Under the pieces are notes generated by a model. It was given only the letters and a program-made list of their open reading frames with translations. It did no database searches and was not told where the DNA came from. This document shows, piece after piece, positions 51,429 to 64,000 of a stretch of 64,000 nucleotides of DNA. Position 1 is the first letter of the stretch. Every line of letters begins with the position of its first letter. This stretch comes from Lingula anatina. Taxonomy: Eukaryota; Animalia; Brachiopoda. A program made the translations under genes and the position numbers. The stretch spans positions 13,268,001 through 13,332,000 of the forward strand of contig CM120640.1 of the NCBI GenBank assembly GCA_051362555.1, in the 5' to 3' direction.

Positions 51429-53803
51429 TGTCTGTTCACCTTGATATTACCTTGAAAACAAAGAAAGTGTAATTAAATCCTTGACGACTTGCAGCGAAAA
51501 ATGAAAGAATAATACAAATATAATATGATATTGTAAAGGGCAACGATGACACACTTCCGAAGAAAATTTCAAATTCTTTGTTATGTACAGCAAAGTACTT
51601 AAAACAAGCCGTCAAAAATGATATAATTACATGTATATTTCAAAGGCAATTACAATATACATGCCCTTTATGCACCAGATCAAACACATTATTAATAAAG
51701 TTTTTAAAAAACTTTTTATATATCCACCATGTAGATGTAACTCAGTTTGCATTGGCATCCTGTTACGCATGTTTTTGGATAAATTTAATGCACGTGCACC
51801 CGTGAACCTCTTATGAGGGCCAGAACACAACGACAACAGAGTAAGATGGGCGACGACAAGTAGGGCAGGCATATTCTATTCTTCTGAACGCACGATATGA
51901 TATCCTGATGTACTGCTGCTTTATGCTTCACCTGGTGGCACTAGTTCTGGTGCAACCTTACAATATTAGACAACACTCTGCAATCGCGGATGATATGGTG
52001 TTCTGATTCACAGTGTGGGAGCGAGGGGGCTTAACAAAGAGGGTCATTATCTTTCATTATTGCTTTCCTTGCTACAATGGCGCAAGGGAAGCTAATATCA
52101 CGGAGTTGCGACTCAAAGTGTCGGTATACAAATAAGTAAATGACATAAGCGCAACAACCGGCAATGACATACATTTCCTGTGAAAAGAAGTATGCAAAAT
52201 GTAATGAGAACAAAAATTTCTCGGCATCCCTTCACCACCGCCCTACCCCTGCAAGACACAGTCATACGGTCACGTTAGTCACAAGATCCGTAGGCGTTAC
52301 TCGCTGACAAGTCTTATCAGGTAAATCAATTACTTTCGCGATCAAGGCGTGTGGGCAACACTGATAAGGTGCGGGTACCTAAGTAACAAAAGTAACAAAA
52401 GAGTAAATAAACAGATATTTTATCATTTATTTAATCTGCCTACAATGACAAATCGGTGCATAATGCAAATAGTTCAGTGGCATATTAAATGTTATCATCC
52501 AGCCCAAAGATCGCTAAAAATTTTAGTAAAATGAGAATTGTGACCATTACAGCACACCCCTTATCATTTTGGATGGTATGGTTTCGGTACAAAAATACAC
52601 ATCTAGCTAAATTATCATATCGTTATTGTCGCCCACTTTAGGTTATCGGTCTTGACCACATTCCTAAAAAGGTGACCACTCCTCTGCTAAATGACTGCAT
52701 AAATAGAGGCCCAGACGGAATGCACTGTCCTTCTTAGTAGGGAAAAGGTTCTGGCCGCACAAGCTAAACTACAATACTCATGTCAATCAGACAATGGCAT
52801 TAGGTTTTTTCCCCCTATACTAGAGAAATATACAATTGCACAATGCTCCATTCCTTTAGAATTAAAAATAACATTGTCATTTTAAACTCCGGACAAACCG
52901 TGCGTTGGTATGGTCACATACCAAGAAGTCAGTGGTTCATGATGCAGAAACAAACCAACACTGGTTTAAGATGAAAATATTGTGTTACGCAACGTGGAAT
53001 TCTGGGCGTCTGTCTGCACGCACAGGAAAAAATAGTCTGCAGTGAAAATATGACAGACGACAATGACAAAAACAACACGCCACGATATCAGACAGGTACG
53101 CTGTATCCGATATTTTATGCACGCAGGGGAAGGAAATCCACTATATTTCGTCTGGGGATAAATGCAATTGTGTACTTAAACCAACAGCTCTTAAAAAAGA
53201 CGATTAATTAAATTCAGCAGGGGATCAAGTAATGAAATGAATAAACAATTTATTATCTTTTGCCAAGTGCAGACAAAGGCATTAATTATGATAATGCAAA
53301 TCCCAAACTGTCACCACGAGTGTCTTCTCCTTTGAATCTATATCTGCTTTATATCGATACTGTAATACATAGTAGATATGATCTTCTTTTCAACAGGTCA
53401 CCAACATGTCAATAAATTTTATGTTATCAGTGGTGACTCACTGAGAGACAGAATAGCTTTATAGTAGAACGCAGCAATTTACCCTGTGAAAACATACAGT
53501 GGTCATACATCAATATGAACCATGTCAACCTTGATATCACTGGCAATGAGTATCATTCGGTACAGAAAGCAATACTAATTACACGCGACTTTTAATTCTA
53601 CATGTACTTCCGCGTTCACTCCCTATAATTGAGAAATACAGGTAAAGGCCATGCAGTGTGTCTGACCATCGAACATCCAGTGCAAATTAACTTACAAACA
53701 CAATTATACATTTTGGCAGGTTAGGTGAAGCACAGTAATGCTGATATTAAGAAGGTTCACTGTTAGAGCTATTCTGTTACCTGTGTTTACTCGCTCACCT
53801 TCG

Positions 53804-54051
53804 GGACCGTGAAATGGGATGCAGCCGCTTCGGATCTGACTGGATGAAATGTGGGCTGGGTCGTGAAAGCTAAGTAGGTCAAGTGACGTCAGGCAATTGT
53901 AAATAGAGAAGTGTGACTCATCAAGTAATATTGCGCTAGGTGGCTTTGGTCCATATCACGGTCGGTCCACACCGTTGTACATCTAATGCAATGCTTAACG
54001 TGTTGTACTTATTTGAAAAAGGCAAAAAGTAGAGTGCGATCAGAAAGAAAC
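53804..54051. promoter_or_regulatory. Putative bidirectional promoter between gelsolin B (-) and PCGF1 (+)
   Basis: Paralogous to 41851-41970. TGACGTCA (CRE) at 53884-53891 and a nearby TGACTCA (AP-1 type). Minus-strand donor aggtgag at ~53798. The PCGF1 ATG lies ~160 bp beyond the CRE. Confidence 0.65.
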
Positions 54052-57000
54052 ATGGAGGTATGTAAACTATCAGGGATAGTTGCATTTAAGTTACTTCACT
54101 CGTAAAATGACATCTGCGAACTCTAGTCCTTTGTTTTATGAAGTGATTAGTGTACGTTTGCGCGGCAGACTTTTTTTGGTTAATTTACAGTCTGCTTAAC
54201 AAATCAAGTTACCGTTAAAAAGCCAGCGGTTGGCCAAACCTCTACAGGTGTACAGTGTATGTGCTCGTTGGCTAGATTCAGAAACGGTGAGTGACTTTAA
54301 CTCGAGATCTTGACGTTAATCAGTACCTCTCTTTGCATTATTTTCACTTCTATTTACAGCCGGTTCTAAAAATTAGGATCCGTAACTTAAATCCGCACAT
54401 TGTGTGTTCATTGTGTGCAGGTTACTTCATGGATGCTACGACCATAAGGGAATGCTTACACACCTGTAAGTCTTGAATGATTGAAATTTTAAATCAGAGA
54501 ACTGTTTTGTTTCTTTTCCTGTGACTTAGTTTTATTTCTGTAATGTTCAACGTAGTACACATTAATAGTTGTATTCGGTTTATAAATTTTCTCAGTGACA
54601 GTAGGCTAAAGATAGGCCCCGAAATAATCGGACCCCAAATGAAGATTTTTTTATTACATTGCATGTAAATAATACAAAACTGATACAAGAAAATAATGAA
54701 ATCGCCATGATCAGGGTCCTCTACCTAATCACTTCATTCTGAGATCGCATTCACAAAGAGTTGAGCCAGGCTTTACAAATCCTGGGGACTAAATATGGCG
54801 GACGTACATGAAAGAAAAACTGCCTAATCTTTTAATAGTCTCTCCGCCTCTCACATGCCTCCCCATGTGTCATCCCAATGGAGCCGAGATTTAATGACTG
54901 TCCCCCCGCAGGGACGACGTGTGGGAAGGCGTGTGAGAGGTGGAGAGACTTTTAAAAGATTAGGCGGTTTTTCTTTCATGTACGACCGCCATATTTAGTC
55001 CCCAGGATTTGTAAAGCCTGGCTCAACTCATTGTGAATGCGATCTGAGACTGCTTGGGTCTGAGAGCCAGTTTTGAGAAAATGGAAACTATATAGATTAT
55101 ATAATATATAAAATATGGATTGATGAAATTAAATTATTATTTCAGATTATTACTTCTGCTACCTATGATATTTGTCTAGTCTGCCACATGTAGCAGATAA
55201 AGTTTCCACTTATAAGAATTTCATTCAGTAAAATTCTGACCATCTTCCAAAAGACAAAGATGACTATGGAAATCCACCTCTGAAATATATTTTGTTATGA
55301 TGAAGAATGCTATGTACCTTTTTGTTTTCAGTCTGCAAGAGCTGTATTGTGAAATATCTTCAGTCCAGTAAAAACTGCCCTCAGTGTGGCATCAAAATTC
55401 ATGAAACACAGCCCCTTTCAGGTCTCAAAGCAGATAATGTGATGCAAGACATAGTCTACAAATTGGTGACTAATTTATTTGAAAGTAAGTAAATAATGTA
55501 TCTCTTTCCAGTGATATTGAATCGTCTCAAATTTGCATGTTTGTCACTAAATATTTTATTGAGTTTGTAATTAATTTTTTCATGATCATACATGACAAGA
55601 TAAGATAAATTAATGGTTGAAATGCATATTGACATGGTCACATGTTAATTGAACTTAAAATACTGGTGTTTGATATGCGTTGACTTAGAATTTAGAAATG
55701 AAAAGTTCTTGATCTGGGAATCGGGCTGTAAATATAATGTTTTGCTTGTTATTTCAGATGAAGAAAAAAGGAAAGAAGAATTCTGTAAGTCTAGAGGAAT
55801 AAATGTTGCCAAAGAGCTGAATGAAGGTGTGTTCTTCTCAAATAGTTAATCTGTATTTCAAGCAACCATTAAGATACGTTTAAAAGAAAATTGATTTTGA
55901 AAATATATAACATCACATTTTTAAAAAATTAATTTTAATGACTTGAAAGTCCCCAGTGTAAAAATTTCCCACAAAAACACATTCAGCTAATATTATTGGG
56001 ATAATCATTATTTTTCTCCAACTAACCAACCTTTGAATCTCTTTTCCTGCCACTGGCAGTAACTCTGTACTAATAAGTCCTTAACCTGTGCTTGAAGAAG
56101 GATTTTTCAAATTCTGCTATTTCTGTGTTTTTCACAAAACAAAACTGACAAGTTTGTAAACAGGTTCTACAGGAAGTGATAAATTAGATTATTTTGGTGA
56201 CATCAATTCTTAGTATTTTAATTCTTAAAAGATATTAAAATAGCATCAAAATGTATTACTTGCACAGACTTGCACAGGCTTTTTATGTCTTTAATGTGTG
56301 TAAAAATTCTATGATTTGTGCATTTAAGGAAAAAATATTGAATATATATCAGATGGGGAAAAATATTCAAGCAAACTTTTTATTTCAGCTGATCAAAATG
56401 TTCCATTAACCAGTGTTTATGATAGCCCCACTGGCCACCACTATAGTAACGATGAACTGGTGTCATTGTGCCTTGAGAGAGACAGGTAGGAGTGTAAGCT
56501 TTTTTTTTTTATATAACTCATGTTTACTTTTTTCATGTACAAGATGTTGGAATGTCAGTTTTAGAAGAGCATATGTTTTGGCAATGATAAAAAACCCATT
56601 GGAATGGTGTACAAGGAAAGGAATAATGATAAACGGGTTGTTTTTCAGTAATGTTTGAAGGATGCATTTAGCATCTCAGGAATTGTAAAGTGTCATATAA
56701 TTCAGGATGCTTTCTATATACTGAAATACTTTCTTCAAGTTTACTGCTTCCACTGCAAAACATAAATGGGCAACCAGTTCACATCCCACCCTTGGACAGA
56801 AAGTTCATCAGATGTTCCACACGTACCAGGATAGCACATGTTAAGAAACTCCTTAGGAAAAAGCTGGTGTTGTCTCAGTCTCTCAAGGTAAAAAAGATTT
56901 ATAAGGGTATTGTTTGGAAATTTTCATCAGAAACACACCATCATAACTTCAATTCAGATTCACACTTTTCAAGAAAAAAAATTAATGTAATAATCTGTTC

Positions 57001-57879
57001 TGAGATGAATTCTATTACAAACAGGTTTTTGGAGATGTTTTGATATAAACATTGACACATATCATTTTGTGCACTTCCATTGTTATATTGTTTCTTCATT
57101 ATTTTCATGTCATTGTTTCTATCATTTTTGTCATTCATCTTTCTGTCCAGAAAGCTTTGCTGCCTTGTTTCTGTTTTAACAGTGTCTGTACTTGCTAACT
57201 TGGCTGCCCAATATAAATAATAGAGAATGTTTGTGGATTGTTTATATATATATACTCTTTTACCGTAAACTGGAATCTAAAGTGACTTTCTAGATACAGT
57301 ACTTTAGCACATTTTTATTCCTTACAGCATCCCCAAGTTATTTTTCATAAACAGCTAGATGTTACATTTCAGCTTACCATATCATGTAGTGAGGCCAGTG
57401 GTTTAGATGACAATTGGAATCTTAAACAGATTTGGCTGCAGCATTGGTTAGACAAGGTATGGAAAGTATTTTGCTGAATCCACATTATGCTTTTAATTTT
57501 ATCAAAACAAACTTTTAATGTACTTAACAAAATACATTAAAGGTAATCTAAGGATTGCTTTGCCTTTTTATTACATAGGACATATTAAAACTTGTCTCAA
57601 GATATTTGGATGATTATGAACCTTGCCTTTATCCTTAAAATGAAGTAATAGGCAATGGTTCTCGTTCCTGTTTGGTTCACGTATATTTGAATCATAATTA
57701 TTAAAAGATTTCTAGGATGCTTATTTTATGGTTGAAATTTACAAACATCTTTTCTGAGCTTGAATTACTTGAATGTTTGCTCAAATTAAAAATATGCTGG
57801 TTAAGTTGACTTAATTTTGTATTTATTTGTGTTTCAGGACCCACCCTTAATATTGTATTATGCCATTTCTAGTTCTTGA
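54052..57879 (+). CDS. PCGF1: Polycomb group RING finger protein 1 (PCGF1/NSPc1), ~234 aa
   Basis: Exons 54052-54057 (ATG GAG|gtatgt, least certain), 54360-54465, 55332-55484, 55758-55826, 56389-56485, 56740-56887, 57373-57456, 57838-57879 (705 nt including stop). RING domain [59 protein letters not shown] domain KFIRCS...HVKKLL...LKQIWLQHW...[25 protein letters not shown] and KQIWL match remembered PCGF1 sequence better than BMI1 or PCGF3. Confidence 0.9.
54738..55049. mobile_element. Long near-perfect foldback element (MITE) in PCGF1 intron 2
   Basis: ~135-bp arms agatcgcattcacaaagagttgagccaggctttacaaatcctggggactaaatatggcgg... / ...ccgccatatttagtccccaggatttgtaaagcctggctcaactcattgtgaatgcgatct around a ~35-nt loop. 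Confidence 0.9.
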
Positions 57880-57925
57880 CACCCGTCAGTCAGATGAGAA
57901 TCAGAAACCAGGTTAACTTATCAGT

Positions 57926-58078
57926 CAGGGCCCCGTAACTCAAAAGCATTGTGCATTGCGACCAAGCACAAGCATCTAGATTCCATAACTCGCCCATACT
58001 CACCCCATATAATACATTGTAGCCTCTATGTGATATCGCTATTCACAATACGTGATGCTTTCAAGTTATGGAGCCCTG
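57926..58078. mobile_element. MITE in the presumed 3' UTR of PCGF1
   Basis: cagggccccgtaactcaaaagcat / atgctttcaagttatggagccctg, ~24-bp imperfect TIRs. Confidence 0.7.
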
Positions 58079-59003
58079 GTCTACAAGCACAAGGAAGCTT
58101 CATATAATAAAAGGAAAGTGCTGTTAAGTCCAAATTCATTTTGAAAACATTCCAGCCATTGATAACTTCTAAATGTTCTCACTGTGAGGATATTAGCACT
58201 GGTTACAGGCTTTAGAAATGAAGTCCATAGTGTGCAATCTTAGTGCCTTTATCAAAGTTCATGAAAAAAGGTCAGATTATCAAAATGATGACGTGCTTTC
58301 ATCAATGGTTCCACCTCAGTTGAACAATTGCTACAAGACTTGCAAGTTGATATTGCAGTTTTCAGCTCACATAACATGTAAGGTGACTCCCAAACATGCA
58401 CACTAATAAAAATAACATCTATCCTCAAAGGGCTTTTTATATTGTTTATTATAAATGTAATTTTTTCTCACCATTGTCACACCAGGATTGCATCTCTGAC
58501 ATTCTGAATCTTTTGACATGCTAAGCCATGATATAATGCTTAATGCTAGCAGTCGTAATGCCCCCTGTTTCTATGATTTTGGTCACCATAAAGATAATTG
58601 GGCTAAAACTATGTTGTTTTGTGCAATCAATTTGTAATGCCCGGTGGTCCCCCCTTTCGCACCCCTACTCATGTATAACAGTACTTAACGGTGACGGTGA
58701 CGTACAGGTACCACACGTTTGCTCACGAATCTTCAGAGGGCTTTCCAGCTTCTAAATTAGATTGCACTCACGCTGTTTTTACGCAAATAACCCCCCGTTT
58801 TACAAGGATTAACAATTCTGCCAAAACGTGTTCCCTGCGACACAAAGATGTCCTTGAATAGCATAACATGCATGGCGTTAATAAGAAGATGGGCTATATC
58901 GGCCGATATGCCAGCAACTTTAAAATATGCTTGAAAAAATAAGATATCCAATATAATGCAGAACAGATTTACCATCTATTTGACTCTTATGATGTAAATG
59001 CAG

Positions 59004-62000
59004 TCATTCAGTGTCCAGTGTCTTTAAGTGTGTTCTAGGAATAAAAGAGATCTTGACTGGCCTGTCTGGAGTCATGACTAGGTTTAGCACTGGTTCCACT
59101 GGCTCATGGTGGTACTCCAACTTGAAATTCTTTAAAATCTGAAAAACAAAGAAGAATGCAATAAAAAGATATATACATGAACGAACTGTAATGTAAACAT
59201 GGCATCATATAAATTTTGAACATTTCTGTTTTTTAAAAGAGGAAACATGCCTGTGCAAAAATTGTCTTCGTTATTTTATAGAATTCTTTGTTTTTTATGA
59301 ACGGTTTAAGAAAGATATTTTGACATTATCGTACTTTAACGAGGGCAATATAAATCTCTTGTTCAGCAATACGCCTGCCAATACACATCCGGGCGCCGTG
59401 TCCGAATCTCATATTGGAGAATATTTTCATACCCATGCTGGCATGGGCGCCATCACGGAGCCATCTCTCAGGATTGAATTTTTCGGGGTCTTCAAATAAC
59501 TTGGGATCATGGCCCATGCCATATAGATTAGCCTGGACGTGTTTCTGCGTCAGAAAAATGTTAGTTTATTCATCGAGTTAACGATGTTCTTTAACAAGTA
59601 AGAATTATGCTTTAAAGTTATGTTGAGGAAATATGACTTTTAATATTCTCAATTTTTTTCATTTGTCATTACATCGAGAAAAAAAGACGTTTTATCAAGT
59701 GTACATCTTTTCACACTTCGACCAATCTCCATTTCGCTTAAAAACAAATTTAAAACAGAAACTAATGTTTTAAAATGCTCACCCCTTTAGGTATGTGGTA
59801 ACCACAGACTTCAATATCCTCTTGTAAGATTCTGCTTGTTGTAAATGTAATAGGATACAACCTAAAACAGACAAGTTTTCATTACAAATATTATCCACGT
59901 TTTTTATATTGGATGATAAAATGTAGTGCATAAAATGTAATGGGACACTTGGAATAGCAAGGTGGTCGCATGCTTTGTATTTGAACAAAACTCTTTATTA
60001 GGCAGTGCGTCATTGGTGACTCTGTCATTTTCAATACTGAGGGAAGGCCGAGTAGGAGTCCTGCGACATGCAATACTATGACCTGTACATCTTTTGTGTG
60101 TTCTCAAAAGCGGTGATGGAAGTTTCTGGATGTTACCCCTAGGTATGTGGAGGGGCAAGAAACACACGGGGTTTGACACACCACACTTCTACACTCCTAT
60201 CGTGTGTTCAACATTATATTTTCTGGTTGTTTTGAAATAATACATATACGTACCTGAACATTTCTTTGAGGCACGCTTTCAGGTACGGTAAATGCTGCAG
60301 TTTATCAGCAGTTATCTCTGTCGATGTTGGAAAAACTTTGCATAACTCTTGATACAGGTTGTCTTGAATATTCGGGTTGATTGCGAGGCAATAGAGTGTC
60401 CAAATAGTCGCCGTGGAAGTAGTTTCTACGGCGCCCATCATAAGATCGATAACATGAGAATTTGCCTCCTGAGGTGTTAGGTATTTCGAGCTAAGTAGGT
60501 AAGAAAGGAACGAAAGTTTTTCTCCTTCCTCTTCATTTTTGATAAAGGAGCTGGTTTCGTTCAAAGACTGAACTTTCTGAAATACGATTATATATTTTTT
60601 GATAAGATTAAATTAAAAAATAAAGATTAATTTTAAATGCTGTGGTTTGAGTAATTTCCACTTGAAACAATTAATTATTATTATATTATTTTTTATTATG
60701 AGGACAAACCTTTTCAGAAGGCTTGATTGTATCTCACCTTGTCAACGAATTTTTGACCAATTGCCGTCACCTTGTCTGTATGGAACTCAAACTGCTTGTA
60801 CGTCTTTGTGGGATATATCGTATATATAGGTAAGCCAAACACCAGGGTTTGCATATACTTGAAGAAACACAGGAGATGATCAATAAAGTCTTTGGCATCA
60901 GCCAGAGGGACGTCTTCGAAACAGCCTATTCTGTTCTCAAACAAAACCGTTCCAATCGCTGTCATGGAAATAGAATTATTGCTGATGACATTTGATAAAT
61001 GAAGTATTTACTAAAGACCTATGAAATGATCTTCCACTCTATCAACAGTTAACCATTTCCCCATTTTTCAAAAATTTAATTTATTCAATATGTTACATGA
61101 ATCAAAGACACATATGAAGCTAGCGTAAATGTAACGTGTATAATATATTAGTACCAGTTTTTATTACGCAACACAAATAGAACCCAAGTGAAATAAAACG
61201 CAAAATTAATATTGTAACATGTCTGGCAGTAGAAAAGGACTTTAAAACTGCACCTTCTTCAAATTTCTGGTCTTCAATTAAACTTCGTGTACTTGTTTCA
61301 CTACAGTCAGTAAAGCACAGAAATTAAGCATAAACGGCCATTAGCCGTGAAGCACGCATTTTAATTAAAATTAGAATTTAGATACTATGATCGCAGGTAG
61401 AATAAAACATTGTACAAATTGCAGAAAAGCGTAGATAAAACTTACATTCCAATGCCCATTTGAACATTTCATGCTCCATATTTTCCACCTCTCCATTCTC
61501 ATGATTTCTAATCTGCTGTAGTCTTTGGACAAAATCATCAGTGACCGTGTTCATACTCGGGATATACTGTTGAACTTCTTTGGGAACTAGTAATTTTTTG
61601 CCGATGACTGAGCGTTGTCGATGCCATTCTTCTCCTTGCCTAGTGAGAAATTCAAGCCTTGTAATTTCACAGTTTCTTTTAATTATTTTGTTGAAAATAC
61701 TATTATTTGTTATGATTTCGCCACATCAAATGCACAGCCTAACCATGATACTGTAAAGACGTTTTATGTATATAAGGGTTTTAGTCCAGATTAGCCGCGT
61801 GAGCTTCACCATCAATAAGTAGAAATAAATCTGATACCATCGCAATATTCTGACTCTTAATTACAACATAAATTTCATAGATGCATCATTCTAAAAGAAA
61901 CATGTACTTACGAATTAACAAGCCCAAGCCCTATTCCTTTTTGCTTCCTGTAGTGCATTATAGGCAAAAGCTCCGTTCTCTGGGGGTATTTGCCATCTGC

Positions 62001-63186
62001 TCGGACAACTTTGCTGTACTCGATCGGGTCGCTAATGACGATGCTCTCTACGGTGGCCAATTTTTCTCTATATACGGGTCCGTATTCTTGAGAGCGTGTT
62101 TGCTGCACCTTATGATATATGACAATAATGGTACCGGTGTTTTACTACATATGGAATCAGGTTCAAAGCTGTATTTGAATTGGAATAATGATAAAATACT
62201 CTGACAGTGTTTTATTTACTAACACAGGGGTGTTTCTAGAATTTTATAAACGAGAGAATATTCTCCCTATCCTAAAAAAGAACTATCAGGCTTTCAATGA
62301 GAAGGTGAAGGTGATCGCCCTTCGGGAAAAATGTATTTTTTTATGTAAGAATTCTGCAGGTATGCAATGTTCAGTATTTATTTGCATTACACAACTATAT
62401 TAAACACAGACTACAAGGATTTTAAAAAAAACTAAGAACAGAAAGAAGGAAAAAAGGAAAAAGGGGATTTTAAGTAATAAATGCAACATCGTATGGCAAC
62501 GTATTGGAGACAAATATTAACTACTAGTAATTTTGACAGCGTTGAAAAACGGTATTTCATGTAACGCTCCAGACACTGAGAGATATCCACCACCGTGCTG
62601 TCAGGTCAGAACTTCATATTTTATCCATGCATAATAAACCAATGCAAGCCTACCTTGAATAATCTATTAAGCCCAAATCCATCTTTTTTTATATAATCGA
62701 ACAGGGTACCCACTATAGGCAAGCCCTTAGGGCCAGGGATCTCGTGGAAGGGTCTATATTTGACTCGTTCGGAAGGCATATAGGAGTTTTCAGTGGAAGT
62801 GTTGGCTCCCGCTGATGGCTGACTTTTGTCAAAGGGACACTGAAATAAAGGGAAATTGTCTATTCAGACCTGTTTATGAAAGAATTTTGTTGCACAATGT
62901 ATACCCAGTCAGATTATATACCGGTTAAATTTAAAGTATCAAATACTTAAGTTAAATGAAACCAACTAAAACAGTTGATTTATTCCTAAGTGGTATAACT
63001 TTTTATTGAGAAATTATTAATCCACGTACAGCACTCACTTACTTTGCTAACTGGATCTTGGTGAGATGCATTAAGGTTAGTTGAAGAAGCGTTCTTCACA
63101 GTCTTGTCAAAAGCACCTTTCCTTTTCTTGGAGTAAAGCCATTTTGGCAAATTCCTTGCTAACTGAAATCTTCTAACGGTCGCCAT
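59004..63186 (-). CDS. CYP10: Cytochrome P450, mitochondrial clan, CYP10-like, ~562 aa
   Basis: Exons 63186-63043, 62839-62654, 62108-61912, 61639-61446, 60958-60738, 60576-60254, 59861-59783, 59544-59335, 59138-59004 (1689 nt including stop). Basic presequence-like N-terminus, IPGPKGLPIVGTLFDY, I-helix GAVETT, KEMFR (ExxR), PERW, haem motif FGHGARMCIG. Close to remembered Lymnaea CYP10 (IPGPKGLPIVGTLFDY, HVQANLYGM, TPDRPV). An alternative in-frame ATG exists at 63243. Confidence 0.9.
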
Positions 63187-64000
63187 TCCTTTTTGGTGAT
63201 TGTTCGACTTCTGAATTATTCTTAAATATACAATAGCTACCATTTAGGGCGTGCTACGTTTTTCCACCTTTGATAAACAGTATTATTAATTTTTCTCTAC
63301 TGAATTGGGGCAATTAAAAATGGTGCTACACCCGCTTTATAGCAAAAAAGTTGAGTATTGCACATACAGTGAAGGTGGATGCGATTTGTAAATTTTGAAA
63401 CTCTGTGTGACAAATGAGAGCAGAATGTGAGGTTAAATGTACGCATTCCACAGTTTTCAAAATTAATAACTTTATATAAACTTTCAGTGAACCGTTGCTT
63501 TGACTAAAATGTTTTTATCTATGACTTATAACGTTATTCTCCAAACTGTACATCTTGCTAGACATGTACTTACTTGATTTTGTCGCCTGTAAATGAAAGC
63601 CTTCAATATAGCCAGGGTGACCAAACTTATGATGAGCAAGCGTCCGTTACTTTTGACACGTTGAAACATCTATTTAACCGTGGACTGGTCTCATTCCTTT
63701 TATGGAAGGGAAATCTGTTATAATTGGATACATTATCGTACAAACTGAGTGGGAAGCCTGCTATCTACGTCATCTTAAGGCCAGTAGGTGGCTCTCCTGC
63801 AGGGATTTGGTCTGGATATGGATAAGGCGATTAGTCCATTTAAATGTGACAATTCTACCCAATTTTACCGGGCCATTGAGACAATTTCTTGATGTTGCTG
63901 TCAGCCAAGATATACCTATCTTCCCAGAAAATGCGTAAACTGTGGAAATATTTAGCTAAATCAAAATGTAACTTATAGATGAGATGAAGTGCGCTTAGTT

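Noticed and set aside
60133-60150. Short similarity to the end of CYP10 exon 7 (HIPRG vs HIPKG) within the preceding intron
   Set aside because: About 15 nt only, with no acceptor or extended homology, so not supportable as an alternative exon.
1-64000. CRISPR arrays, rRNA/tRNA genes or prokaryotic-type operons and defence systems
   Set aside because: None seen; the window is spliceosomal-intron eukaryotic DNA with no regularly spaced repeat-spacer array.

Overview
AT-rich, intron-containing animal genomic DNA, most likely a mollusc (inferred from a clear CYP10 orthologue and invertebrate three-domain gelsolins). Positions 1-25 kb contain no recognisable host gene but hold a decayed Tc1 transposon and many MITE-like elements. 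The rest contains five protein-coding genes, which I reconstructed by hand from splice sites and reading frames: a class A peptide-type GPCR with an intronless CDS (+, 25545-26762), two tandem three-domain gelsolin/severin-like paralogues (-, 31173-40137 and 43712-51428; 13 coding exons each), PCGF1 (+, 54052-57879, head-to-head with the second gelsolin) and a mitochondrial-clan cytochrome P450, CYP10 (-, 59004-63186, tail-to-tail with PCGF1). Main finding: each gelsolin paralogue carries both members of a pair of homologous exons (about 70 nt apart) encoding the domain-2 long helix, but each has kept a different member and lost the other to stop codons, deletions or a donor mutation. This looks like an ancestral mutually exclusive splicing switch split between two genes after duplication. 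Family assignments come from remembered motifs and sequences, not database searches.
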